Positions 38,201 to 51,347 of a DNA stretch of 64,000 bases are shown here, in pieces. A program made the position numbers and the translations under genes. Position 1 is the stretch's first letter; each line of letters begins with the position of its first letter. The notes beneath the pieces were generated by a model. That model ran no database searches. It was not told where the DNA came from and saw only the letters and a list, made by a program, of their open reading frames with translations. The stretch is taken from assembly GCF_000150275.1 (NCBI RefSeq), contig NW_002060949.1, forward strand, positions 2,663,836 to 2,727,835. The letters run 5' to 3'. Origin of the DNA: Trichoplax adhaerens (lineage: Eukaryota > Animalia > Placozoa).

Positions 38201-41200
38201 GTGAATATTCATTGATATAACCTTGATTAATGCGCTAAATTCCTACATAGTCTTATGGGTGTATAACTGAAAATATTAAAATTTTATAGGCCAATGAATA
38301 GGTATTGTACTGTATTATTCAATTTCTACCACTATCAACAATTTTATAAATATTTTTCAGCTTAATTGTTTTTAAAGTCACTAAATGCACTATATTTAAA
38401 CTTACTTTATTTGACCTCCTTTCATCACCCTTTACAGAGAATGAAGATACAATATCAGATACCTTTTGCGTAATAACTAGGATATTTAATAATAATTGCA
38501 GAAATATCATCACTTAGATCTTACTTTGTCATTTCGAAAACATCTCTAAACATAGCAAGCACATATCTAGGAACATCGGATTTGGGTAAACCTTTAGTGT
38601 CCATGCTGTAGCTGTAAAAAATAAAGCATTCACGGTTAAATTGTCTTTAACTGAAAATACATAATGTGGTAGTAATGCTAAAACTAAATTGTTTCAAAAT
38701 ATATTATTGACTATTCTTACTTGATAATTCCTGAAGTATCTAATCGGGGTTTTCCAAGAATATCTGCTGCTTCTTCAATGCTAGCGCACCGATGGTAAGC
38801 CGCAACGTCTAAAGTTATCTGCATTATGGTACATATATAACATATATAAAACAATAAGATGAAATATTGACCGCTAATACGTATATTAGTCTAAATGCCT
38901 TAGAATTTATGAAGATAGCTCATTTTGTTAACCTACCATGTATCGATAATCCAGCTTTCGTACCTTATCATATAGCTAAATTTTAACCAGATTTAGAATT
39001 GTTTAATTTATTTTTATTATTAATTGGACTGATTATAAAAGTTAGATGCTAGCTCAAATCGTATTCATCATACACGGTATAAAAGTAATCATATCCCATA
39101 AGTAGGAATGATTAATTACTTTTTAAGATTACTTCACATTAGTAAGAACTAGGAAATAAATCATACGATTGCTATTAAAGAATAAATCATAGACAACGAT
39201 TAGACTACAATCATGCAACATTTGTACCTTGGCATAATGCAATGCAAGCCCACAGACAAGGGATACATTTTCCAAGATTCGTTTATCTAATTAGAGAAAG
39301 GAATCGAGCTGAACTTTATTGACAGAGTTTCTACGGTAAAAAGGATAAAATCTACAGAGTAATGCTATTATCCAGGTTATTCTAAACGATTACCTAAGCA
39401 AGTAAACGTTGATTCATTGATTTTGTTGATCATTTGAATGATACCTATAACACTAAGATAAAATTAATCATTACATGATACAAATGAGTAACCAGATAGT
39501 CAGTTTAAGTGTTAAATAAAATTGGCATGTCTAATATTATAGCTCGAAAGAAATAATTTGATATGATAAATTATTCATATAAACGTGTGATTGAGTAGAC
39601 TTTCATTTACTATTCACTATTACTTTCCTATATTTAGTATAATACTCCGTATGACAGTATAAATGAAATCCATGCTGTAATATCGAAAATCCAAGGGACA
39701 TATCTGATCCTTGGTTTATGGTATACAAATAATATACTGTCGAAATAGCTTAAAAGAGATTAATATTGGCTCGATATAGGTGATTTATTAGTTTGTTACA
39801 AATTATTAGCGATTTTGCTTATGTGGAGTGGTGGTCTATCGCACTTATGCTCGAGTTACGGCAGATAAACGAATAAATGAAATGTTTACTTACCTGCCAT
39901 TATTTAAAATTGGAGTACATATCATATTTTTCGACTTATATCCAGTGACCTTGTCGACATTTCTGTATATAAATACACGATAGAATTTGATTTTCGTTAT
40001 ACTTATTCATGTTTTAATTATTGCACAGATGTAGATTAAGGTTCTTTCCATCAGATATTTGTCGATATTGGAATATAAAAGGTTAAGAATTATCCTGTTA
40101 CCATATATAAACTTATTTCTCAAAATTATGAAAGCACATTTTCATAACCTACATATCAATATTGAAAGCGGATACTCCTGCTAATAGGTTACAATATAGC
40201 TAAGATTGATTTACGATATTGGAATGTAAAAAGCATGGATTACTAGAAATTCCAAGTAAAAGGTTAGAAATTATCCTGATTCTATATTATAAACTTATAT
40301 TTTAAAATTTATGAAAGTTCGCTTTCATAACCTACGCCAGTATTGATTGCCTATGACTACTAATAAGTTACCTTATGGCTAAGATTGATTTACGACATTG
40401 GAATGTGAAAGGTTAGGAATTATTCTATTGCCATATTGTAAACTTACTGTATATCTCAAAATGTCTAAAACCACACATTCATAACCTACACATCAATACT
40501 GAATGCATATGTTACTGCTAATAAGCTACAATATAACTAAGATTAATTGACTTATATTGCTATATCAGAGGGTTTTTTTGTGAACTGCATTATATCCATT
40601 ATGATTAGATAAATCTGTGCTACTTGCTAGTGAACTTCATATCGAAATTTTCAATTTCCTCAAAATAATTTTATTTTCGTTAATCAATTATATATTTCAA
40701 ATTTATAATTAACTTTATTGAGATTAATCATACCTATAGAATCGATCATCGTCACTAGCATGATTTACAATAATTGACTTTCCAATTTTGCCACAATGTC
40801 CAACTATGCCTTTATCGGAAGGAAAGCTAGAATATTTTTAAAATGGGTAAATGCAATGACAATAATTAGAGTAAAGTTTGAGGTATGTAAGTCAAATTTT
40901 TACCAGTAATGATGTGAATAGTATCTACCGCAAAATGGATTTAAACTTTCTTGTATTCTTATCTTTGTTTTCATATCCTACATCAAAAACTAAAGGATAT
41001 AATTCTACTTCATCGTCATTCTTGGACGAGTAAACAAATATGGAAGCTCGATCAGCTTTGATAAACTGCTTTGTTTGCGTCTGCGTATATTTCAATATTG
41101 AAAAAATAATATATTTTCAAGATTAGTTTAGGCTTGCAATGTACTCTAGTGTTAAATAGGTATGTAATATTATACAGTAATGAATTTAAATTACTATACT

Positions 41201-44200
41201 TTTAATGTATGCGCTAATTCTCTCCAAGTATTATATTTATTTAAGGCTATTTTCGTATGAACGCCAAAATAATCCATTACAAAATTACTTGTACAACCTA
41301 TTACATTTATTTTGTCTTACCAGTATTAATGTGGTTACTTTTTTTACGCTCATAACATCTTGAGACATAGATCTTAATTACAAAAGGTAGAATAGATTAG
41401 ACACTATTCCTAACAGGTATCAGATTATTAGTAATAATTCATACGTATTGACTGAAATCTTACTTAACAATAGCATTCATCATTTGATATATATCCTTAT
41501 CCGTCCCTTGACTATAAAGATTCTGAAATAAAGCGAACAAAATTGAGAAGGCCTAACATTTATAACGATATTCATGATATTCATTACCATTGCTCTTTCT
41601 AAGGTTAATTGGCACCATAATGCTAAAGATGTCATGGCCTATTGAACAATCGCAAGATAATAATTAGCTATATCATTGGGATTAATGGTTTTAATTCCAA
41701 TTCTAGCATACATGAGCATCTTCATACGTAAAGCCAATTCCTTTGAATTTACTTATTTCCATTACAGCTGATGATTAAATATTGGATTTTCATGTTAGCT
41801 GTTTGAAAAACTCATATAGAAAATGTAATTTATTACCGAATACTTCTCCACTGAAAGTCATGATTGGTTGCCATAGACTAAAATCATACTCGATTTCCAC
41901 TATAATTATAAAATTTAAATAAGTAGATGGATAAAAAATTTAATTGTTGCACAAACATTTATCGAAGTAAGATCACAGAAAGTAGGATAGGTTAGCAATA
42001 GACAATAAAATTCAGATACCCATGGTTATAATGAATAGAAATTAAAGTCAATTTTCATATCTAGTCAAGTACAATATGCCCTATATTATATTACGGTATT
42101 TTTTTTTACCGTTTTCTCTGTATTCTGTGAATTTCCTTGCAAAATCTTCTCGCTGTAAAAAATTTAATATTCGATTCAATTTGACGGGGATAATAAAAAA
42201 TCTTTTACTGTAACTTATTTATGAAAGGCTGGTCTATTTTCTTTCTTATTAAGGCCAGTACACTAAATTATCTAGTCAATAACGCCGTTATGAAATAGAG
42301 CTTTCATGGTATATTGTAAAAGAAGTAAGAAATTAAAAATATACAGTATAGACGTATAGCAAATTTAAACTAAACTGACCGTTATCAATGGCTTAGTCAT
42401 TTATAAAAGGATTGATAATTATTTTATTATGGCATGTATGGCCAAACCAGTCAAGCGTAAATGTAATAATGTATATTTTTATAGTATAACTTTAATGCTA
42501 TTGAATGTAGAATTTTGCTATATTAATTATAAGATCGTAATTAAATCGAGCTTTATTAATTCTTACCATAGCATTCAGTCTAACTGTCGTCTTTGTACGT
42601 ATAGCTGTTGCGATAGGAGTATCTTGACCAGCAAGACGTTGTCGCTTCGATTTAACATTGCTTACAATAAATAATCAAATGAATCCTTTATTATTCCTTA
42701 GGCTAAAGAATAACAACCGACAGCAGTATTGCATTATCTTAGAAAAGCTGATTAGTACGTGCATGACATAAATGATTACAAAACATTAGCAGAGTAAAGC
42801 ATTCATAGGGACTAAATGAGTTAATTGAAAAAGTTATCAACAAATTTAGTTTAATCATAATAGGATTTGTCTTTATAAATAGTGTTATAATAACCAATCA
42901 ACATAGAAAGTTGTAAAACAGCATTTTAACGTGAATTTAGTTGTACCTATTGAAATACAATAGCAATTTAATATAACTATAGTTACAAGCGCAATGTTTA
43001 CCTTGGATCTTGGGGTATAAATTGATAAACAACCTATGTAGAAATTATGAATAAGACTGTGAAAAAGAGCATATTCTAGAACTTTATTTCATCATATTAT
43101 TAATTGTCGATATCAAACTCACTTCACCATTCTCATCTACAATATAAAGTCTCGATCTTGTCGCATTGATAACTACAGAAATGAAAACAAGGACTTAGAA
43201 ACAGCAGCAAAAAGATAGATCTTAAATCTTTGATCCTCATCTTGAGCTAAACGAAGCGTAAATTAAGAATGATTCAAATTAACAACGAAATGTTAGTAGT
43301 CATTATTTTACCTCTGCCAATATTTCGCATCATACAGTAAAGTATCAGGTAGAGGTTATGTCTTTTACCAATTTTCTGGAGTCCCTCATGTAAATTATCT
43401 CGATTTTTCATCATCTAACAAATATTGATATGATAATTTTAACTTTCAGTTGTTATAACTCCAAGCATATACTGTAAATATTCAAACATAGCAACCTTTA
43501 TTTAATACTATTTGGCTAAAAAGTAAAACACTCGTAGGCGATTCGATCATACTGTTTTTACATTGGTAATATGCTAAGCTATAAAAGTGATAATGCAATA
43601 TTCCAGAATAAAAACAACCTCTTCCTCTAATTCTTTAGCTCTTCGGCTGCCAGCTTCTTCAAATTCTGGATCAGCTAGAACGTATTATTAAAAACTATTA
43701 TCTGATTGACATAGATGGTAGATATTTAAAATTATCGTCTATGGCTCTATGCAATTCTTGTAGCATAGTAAAGCTACTACTAATCGTATAAACAAATTGT
43801 GATTACTAAATAGTAAAGCACTTTATAGATTTCTTTTGATAAGATCTTTGTGACTTTATTAATAAATAAATTGAAAATCTTAATAACATCAATCTTAAGT
43901 TCTATTCGGATAAACTATAAGTATTTAGCTATTACGGTATATCATTTAAAATAATTTGCAAGTAACTAATGATTTTACTTTGATCTTCATTATATTAGGA
44001 ATTAATCTAACCTTTTTCTTCAGCAAATGGCTGTGATGGAACTGATTTACTAGATAGCCAATATTTAATCTCGTTCTCTTCTACATGATCCATAATGTAT
44101 TCCTTCAGGAAATCAGGATTGGTTTTCAAATAATGATAGATACGTTGTCGCTTTATTACTGAGTGAATAAACGATTTATTAGCTAAATTCGGCAAAGAAT

Positions 44201-47200
44201 CTTTTTGTTTTATGAACATTAACAGATATTACTAAATGGCTGCATACTTTGATATAGATATGTTCTTAAATAGTATGAGAACAGCTCAATATTGATCAAT
44301 TATAAAACTTGAAAGATCGTGGCAAGAAAATAAATGAAATTTCATGTCTATATTAACTATCGTATAAGGATTTACCGACATTTAATTCAAATTCAAATTA
44401 ATAACGATAGCGAAAAAAATCAACGAACAATTTTAACGTTTTTAATGCCCATTTGTATTTAAAATCCCCAATTTTTCTCATTCATGCTAATTTTGCCATG
44501 TTTTTGGCTCAATACTAACTATTACTAAAACTTCATCCTAATCTGATAGTCTATAACGTCGTTTAAATTTTGATTTACTTTATTCTATAAAAGCAATATT
44601 TCGTATGGTGTACTCTAGACTTTACCAAATCTAAAATTATTTATTAGTGTTAGTATTTTCTGTAGAACCACAGCAAAATCGACCTAAGAGGCTTCGTGGA
44701 ATAGAGCGAAAGTAAACCTACTATTCAAAAATATATAACCCTTAATACTTAGTAGATAATCTCTGCTAAAGCGTCCAGTATTCTGCAGTTAGTTAACTTT
44801 TCTGTAGAAATATTTTAATATTTGAAGATAAACAGAATCTTACACTAGCTGCTTCTAGTACAGGAAGTTAATATTCATGTAGCTGCTATACATATTATAA
44901 GGGTAAAAGTAATGTTAACAACAACATTTATAAGAGTTGATAATTTTTAAGTCAATTTTATGTTTAGAGTATTCAGTAATAAGTTGCTCTTTCCAGATAT
45001 AGTTGCAATACTGGAACTAAATAGAAAGTGAAGCTTCTGATAGTACAATTTGACCAGCAGTTTATTTCCTTATAATCGTTCCCATATTATTTCCCCTAGA
45101 TGTCAATGAATTGGTCTTGCCATGTTACTATTTTAAGTTTCTCAAAACTGTTAAAATTTAGTTGTCCAATAATTACGTTGATTAAAGCAACAACAGCACC
45201 GCTATCAACTTTATAGCAGTTGTTCTTCCGAACCAGGTTTTCGATATAGCATAGTATACAAATGGAAATTTATTGTTAATGTTATAAGCGTTATTTCCCG
45301 AAATCTAACTTTCGATATAGCATAATATATCGAAGGAAATTATTTTTAATGTAATTTTAATAAATGCAACCGATTGTAATCTTAATATTTTACTGTTGAC
45401 CATTTCATTTAGAATAATAATGATGGATAAAATACTGGTATATGGCATATCGATGTATTGCTCCGCTGCTGTATTATTTCTCTAAATTCTATTCTGCTGT
45501 GTATGCTAATTTAAAAGTGATTTTATTCCAATGTCAACTATGCTATGAATCTGCGAATAAAATATTATATCTGCCACTCACATTTGTTTCGAGTTGATTT
45601 AATTATTTTTGTGTTGTAAAAATCACTAGTCTTTAATTATTAACGAAAGCATTTTGTCGAGAATTCTGTAATGCCATTATTTCTATTGTCTGACTTGATT
45701 TAAAATAGATATTAGCCTACTCTAATGACATAAAAAAGTTACTCCAAATTAACATTATAATTTGTTCAAAAAATAGTGGCTGTCAATTGCTATCAAGTTC
45801 TAACGGGAGCAGCAATATTCTATGTGTTTAACTAGTATTTATGATAAAAAGAAGATATGGAATAGTAAGATACGCAGTGGTGCCCAGATAATTACAAGTT
45901 TTGATACTAAAATGTGATAATTAAATTAAATTGGCTGTTTTGTGGTTTGAAAACGAACTATGCAGTGTCTGTTAATGGGTTAAGATGTTGCCGTAAAAGG
46001 CTAGTAGATAGAGGAAACTATGAATTATAGCCAAAGAATTTTCGCAAACTATAAATTTAGTACAAATAATAGCTGCCACGTTGAATGATTGTCATCAAAA
46101 TTTTAATTTCAAGTGGGCTATTAATAGCAATTTGATGCCATAAATAGACGGCAATTACTCATTTATCGCTGAAATTATTCAGGAAAATAAACTCTGGCAG
46201 CAAAGCTTGAACCTTTAATTTTCTTTCTTATAATTGGCAAAATTGTTCTTCTGACATTCAAAAATCAATGTTGAAATAACGTGATTATCTTGTACTATAA
46301 TCAATGACTTGCGCCATCTGTTATTTGAATTCAGAAGTATTTCTAGAGGTCACTAGGCGTATCCAGGACAAAATGAATAAATCAAATATAGCAATCACAT
46401 CATGTTACTCTATTTAAAAGTGTGGCAATTTCAAATATATCTTAAATAAGGTTCTAAAATCCTTTATTAAAGTATATATTCTGATGATGGCAGTTCATTT
46501 TAATTATTTAAGTCATAAATACGAGCTGAGACTTTAATCGAATTTTAGGCTGGAGGAGACCGTGCTAAAGTCAATATGGAGCGTACTACAGCATCAAAAA
46601 TGGAATATGATTAGCTAAATTCGGTCATAATCTTACTGGCTGTAAATATCAGATATTAGTTTTGACTTCCTAATTTGTAGATATGAAGTGCATTAATGGT
46701 TGAATCGGATTTCTACATTGAGAAAGATTGTGTTAGGTAATATGCAGTAGCACTATATGATTTAATATCATAATCTTTTAGTATGAAAATCACGAAAGAT
46801 GATTACACGCTAAAAATATTTTTAATTTGTGAATATGAACTTCATTAATAGTTGAATTAGATTTCTTCATTGAGAATACTGTGCCAAGGTAATATGCGGT
46901 TACTCTACACGATTTAATATCATTATCTTTTAGTATAAAAATTACGAAAGACGGCATGTTAAAATGAAAGTGGCAGAAGCCACTATGGTGAATAGGAAAG
47001 GCAAAGCTGAGCGAAATTTTTATAAATGCTTCCCTGGTTTATTCTTATGTTGATAATATGACGCTGATGATGTTGTTGGTGCAGGTTTTAGAAATTATTA
47101 AAATTGAATGCTTAGAACAAGGTAATCGATATTGAGGATCAATTGCAAATACGGCAAAGAAATAAATTACAACGAATTAATATATCATTTATCGTATTGT

Positions 47201-48541
47201 AGTATCTATCTATCTATCCAAATGGCATATGTAATCGTTGGATGAGGAAAGATTTGATGATATTACATTTGTAAATACGATGACATTTATAAAACTAAAG
47301 CAATCGCACTGACTGCTATACTTTTGACGTTAATTTTCTGCTACCAGGACGATGAATATTAATGAAGTGGTATTGGTTTGCAATTAATTAGCAATGGTAT
47401 CGAGGAAATGACGATATAATATTAAACAAGCAATTTGCTATCCACTCCTACATTTCTAACACATCGGATTCTAGGGTTTACTTTGTTTTATGATTTACCA
47501 TTGAGATGAAATCGATATTGGAAATGAAAAAGTAAATCATCATCAAAATTGTTGTACGAGAAAAGAATCTTTAACGTAAAATGACAATTATCTCACTCAA
47601 CGCCATTATCAGATTTTTAACTACAGTGATTTTATGTCTATAAAGTTAAAGAGGAAATAATTAGGTTAACTAACGGCTACTGACATCATCAGCTGAGATT
47701 ATCCAGGCGTAGAATATGTAACTCTTAATCTATACCTACTTTAGACCCAGTGTTAAAATTTCTACAAAGCTATTCGGGAAAGTATAATATTTCAGTTAAC
47801 TATTAGTATTATAAGAAATATAATTAAGGGTACATCATTTTAATTACTAGTAGGACTTAAATTGCTAGACGGAAATTAAAATATCAATCTTTCCATAGAT
47901 AATTAGTGTTTGTTATTAGTCAGAAAGTTTTTGATTTTCTGATCATCAAGGATCGCCTTCAGTGCAGCATTCTATCTGTTTGTTATTATGTATTTGAATT
48001 TATTCCTTGCCCTACTTCTACTAGTAAGTTAAGATATCGCAATCAATCTTAAATTTCTTAATTCACAAATGAGTTGCACAATTTTTTGAGTTATGATGAG
48101 ATATAACGGTTTAAAAATAGACAAAATGATTTCAGCTAAAATTTTTACATTTTAAATAAGTATCGCTTATAAAATGACTGGCAATATAATACCTTGTAGT
48201 AAAGCCTTGGAATAAATAGGCGCTTCTTCGTGTTGAAAAGGCTCATCTTTTGGATATGTTTTAGTGGGCTGTATAGTTCCGATACCAGTAACTAACAAAT
48301 CTTTTTTCTCAACAATATTAATCTTCGTTTTTCCAAGGCGTTTTTTACTGCCGGCAAGAATATTACCGTACTCATAAGAACTATCTTTATTGGTAGATTT
48401 ATTGGTAGATTTATTGGTGGTAATATTATTATTTGAAGTTGTATTATTGCCATTAGGTAAAAGTGGAAATCGAATTGGATTTTTGGTTGAATTTTTGGAT
48501 AGAAGGCCTTTAGGACGATGTTGTGAAGTAGTTGTGGCCAT
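35292..48541 (-). CDS. PDE10A: PDE10-like cyclic nucleotide phosphodiesterase (GAF-A, GAF-B, catalytic domain), many small exons
   Basis: Catalytic motifs: VRNNYRNVPYHNWNHAFQVAH, CLCHDLDHR..NPLAAMYSTSTMEYHH, IIMTACDLSAVIKPW, EFYNQGDEEK, LPANQVGFI. The N-terminal IYHYLKTNPDFLKEYI..WL resembles PDE10. GAF-B: ADRASIF..GIVGH..DDRFY..VDKVTGYKSKNMICTPI..IIQMINK. Exon 48541-48193 (CAA G|gt) joins exon 44158-44012 in phase 1. Stop at 35294-35292. The distal first exon is less certain than the rest. Confidence 0.85.
40064..40550. repeat. Intronic diverged tandem repeat, 3 units of ~150-180 bp
   Basis: ga(t/c)attggaat..aaaggtta..aattat..aaactta..tcataacctac..ctaata..ctaagatt.att.ac starts at 40064, 40215 and 40394. 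Confidence 0.85.
45238..45352. repeat. Short diverged direct duplication (~71-bp period)
   Basis: ttcgatatagcata.tata..ggaaatt..ttaatgt occurs twice. Confidence 0.6.
46735..46951. repeat. Diverged direct duplication (~152-bp period)
   Basis: aggtaatatgc..gatttaatatcat.atctttt.agtat.aaa..acgaaaga occurs at ~46735 and ~46887. Confidence 0.7.
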
Positions 48542-51347
48542 CGCTGAAGATTAAAACGTGTACTGTTGTTATTTCCAAATCAATACCGAGAGAGTGAGAA
48601 AGAAAGTTGGTCGAAGAACGCTTGTAGAAATGATTAACTTAGTCCTATCCTATCTATAGTGCTATTTATTTATATCCTTTATGGTATTTTGAGTTAGGAT
48701 AGTTGAACTAATACAAACACAATCAATGGAAATAATTGTCCATCGATATTAATTCCAGAGATAGAGAAAGGCTTTCCAGCAAGATAGATACGTTGGGTAC
48801 TGCTAAGAGTAGTTTAAAAGAAATAAAATTTACTCTTTCTATTCATTAAATCCTTTCTCGACTTTTCAGCTAGTTTAAGCTAGTAAGAGGAATCGAAAAC
48901 AATAGCCAATTCTACTACCAAATAAATAAATACCTCATATTGAGTAATCAATGTTAGCCGCATCTATTATATGATTGCAATTACAACAGTACCATGATTC
49001 AATCAGTTGAGAATTGCAGTCATTGAATACTCAACTGATGTTTCCTTTTATTATTTACAATTTTTGTTGGTTGTTCTCTTTATGTTATTGGCTAGTTTTC
49101 TGATCAACATCATCAATTATTTTATTTTATATCATGCATTATATTAATCATATCTAGTTGCTAAGGCGAAATTAAAATCAATCAACGTCAGTAATTAAAT
49201 ATTAATCAATCGAGTCAATAGTCACAGCCAATTCAAAAGACACTGAAAATAGATATGGTATCCATAATAGCAATGTATTCATAAATTAGTCACTGTCTAT
49301 TTCAATTTTCAATATGCCGATCAATAAAATCAACAATGAGAATAGCACGAGGATGATCGATGTATTTGTGATTGAAGACTAGTCTATAACTAAAGTATTG
49401 TCCTACTCATCATCTTTCAAGTAATTACGGATTAACTTAGAAATATTATAATTATAATTAGTCAAATCAATTAATTTTAAAGTTTAAATAAGCAACAATG
49501 ATGTATTTGTGTTTTTACCAGCATAGATGAATATTTCTAGGCATAAATTTCCTGTAGAGCAATTCTATTCCATTAGTTTTATATTTTAAATATTTGGTAA
49601 TCGATTAAGCGTATTTTTATAACTGTTATTATTTTTCAATTCGATTTATTACAGCATTTAAAAATTGTCAGTCTCAAGCTGGCGTTCATGCATATCATGG
49701 TATCCATAATTTAGCTCGAATGGCAAATAGTATTATGTGTATTATCTCAAGATGGCCATAATTTCAGTAGTATGAATATGAAATATAAGTAAATTTGCTA
49801 AGTGCTTTGAAGTACACGTTTGAATATTTTTTACAGACAGCTACAACAATGAAAATAATTAAAAGTTTCGATAGCATAGTCAAAAGTGTATAGAATAGGT
49901 AACGATAGCAAGTGAGTTCTCTAAAAGCTATAAGCCCCTGTTAAATCATGAATGGCTCAGGAAAGAGCCTTGTTAAAATATCGGTCTCTAAACTAGAGAT
50001 ATTTGGAAAATTTCTGGAATTGCTATTATAGTAATGGTACATAGTAGTCTCTAGGGAGCATATAAAATCATCAAATATAGTCTTAATCTAAGATATCTTT
50101 TAGGACTAGCAGTGATTAGGATATACCCGTAGGTAAATTATTTTTGGCTATAATAGTTTAAGGTATAATGCTGTATATATTGTATGCTTGTAGACTTTTG
50201 GATGATGAATTATACAATAGATAGCTGCTATAGTAATTTTTATACTTACAGTTCAGAAATTGAATACTCTACTGGAATTGAAATGATACCCTACTAGTTC
50301 CATTTACAAATTTCAATAAAATTGAAAGAGATAGTTTTAGTGGATTTAAAAGCATCAAACTCAGTCGATTTAAGATAATTCATAGACTATTATAAAGGCA
50401 AGCTACAATAGCATAAAATGTATATTATTGATATATGGATTTGGTTTTATTCATTTTATTAATGACTATCACCAATCATTTGAAAGTATTTGAAATTCGA
50501 TGTTGAACGTAATCTATTCCTTTTATTTATCTTAAGCCTTACACTAGAAAGGTGCACTCGCAATCACACAGGTATTAGCGTTATCATCCTTTTCAAATGG
50601 ATAATGTCATGTATAGTAATACGATTCTGAATACTTTCCATGATATGATTGCTATTTAGATCAACGTTCTTTAATCGTTTAGCTCGCATGAACTATTTTC
50701 CAATGAATGTTGTCATTTATAGTAAGAAATCACGGTATAAATGATGCATGGAATAGCCTGCAATTTTTACCCGTCCATAGATATGCTAATATTGTTGTAA
50801 TAGAATCTGTATACTCTCATATTCACGAATTACCCTACTACATATACTATGGTACGTTGAAGTCCAAAGTGTTAAGAGTACAACGTTCTAGTGTCTATCT
50901 TTATAGACGATCTATAGCTTGACGTCCCTCTGATTTTCCCGCAGTTGCTGACCATGGCTTCCGTTAGAAATCTCTATGATTTCCACTCTGTATCATTCCA
51001 TGAATTGCTTACTTCTAAGACTACACATCATATATGGCCAAGGCTGCCTACTTTGGCCTAGTCCTATTACTCAGTATTGCAAGACTAAAATGAGTAGAGT
51101 TATCGATGCAATTCAAGAAATGGACCAGCAAAACTAGACTAGTCAGCCATTTTGGCCATTGTCAAGAGTACAATGTACGCTTGCAGACATCACGGGCAGT
51201 TCAAATGGCCAGCAAACCTAGTCTGCCTTGACATTGGATGGCGACTTCCGAGTGCATTTTCTTGTCAGCAATAAACTCGTTAAACGCTCTCTCGCTTTTT
51301 GTATCCATTTTAGCCCAAGTCAACAGTAGCGATGCCGATTGCTTTCT

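Noticed and set aside
42380-42391. Possible 12-nt frame-preserving microexon (PLIT) in PDE GAF-A
   Set aside because: The acceptor lacks a pyrimidine tract and the flanking exons already join in phase; it cannot be supported without RNA reads.
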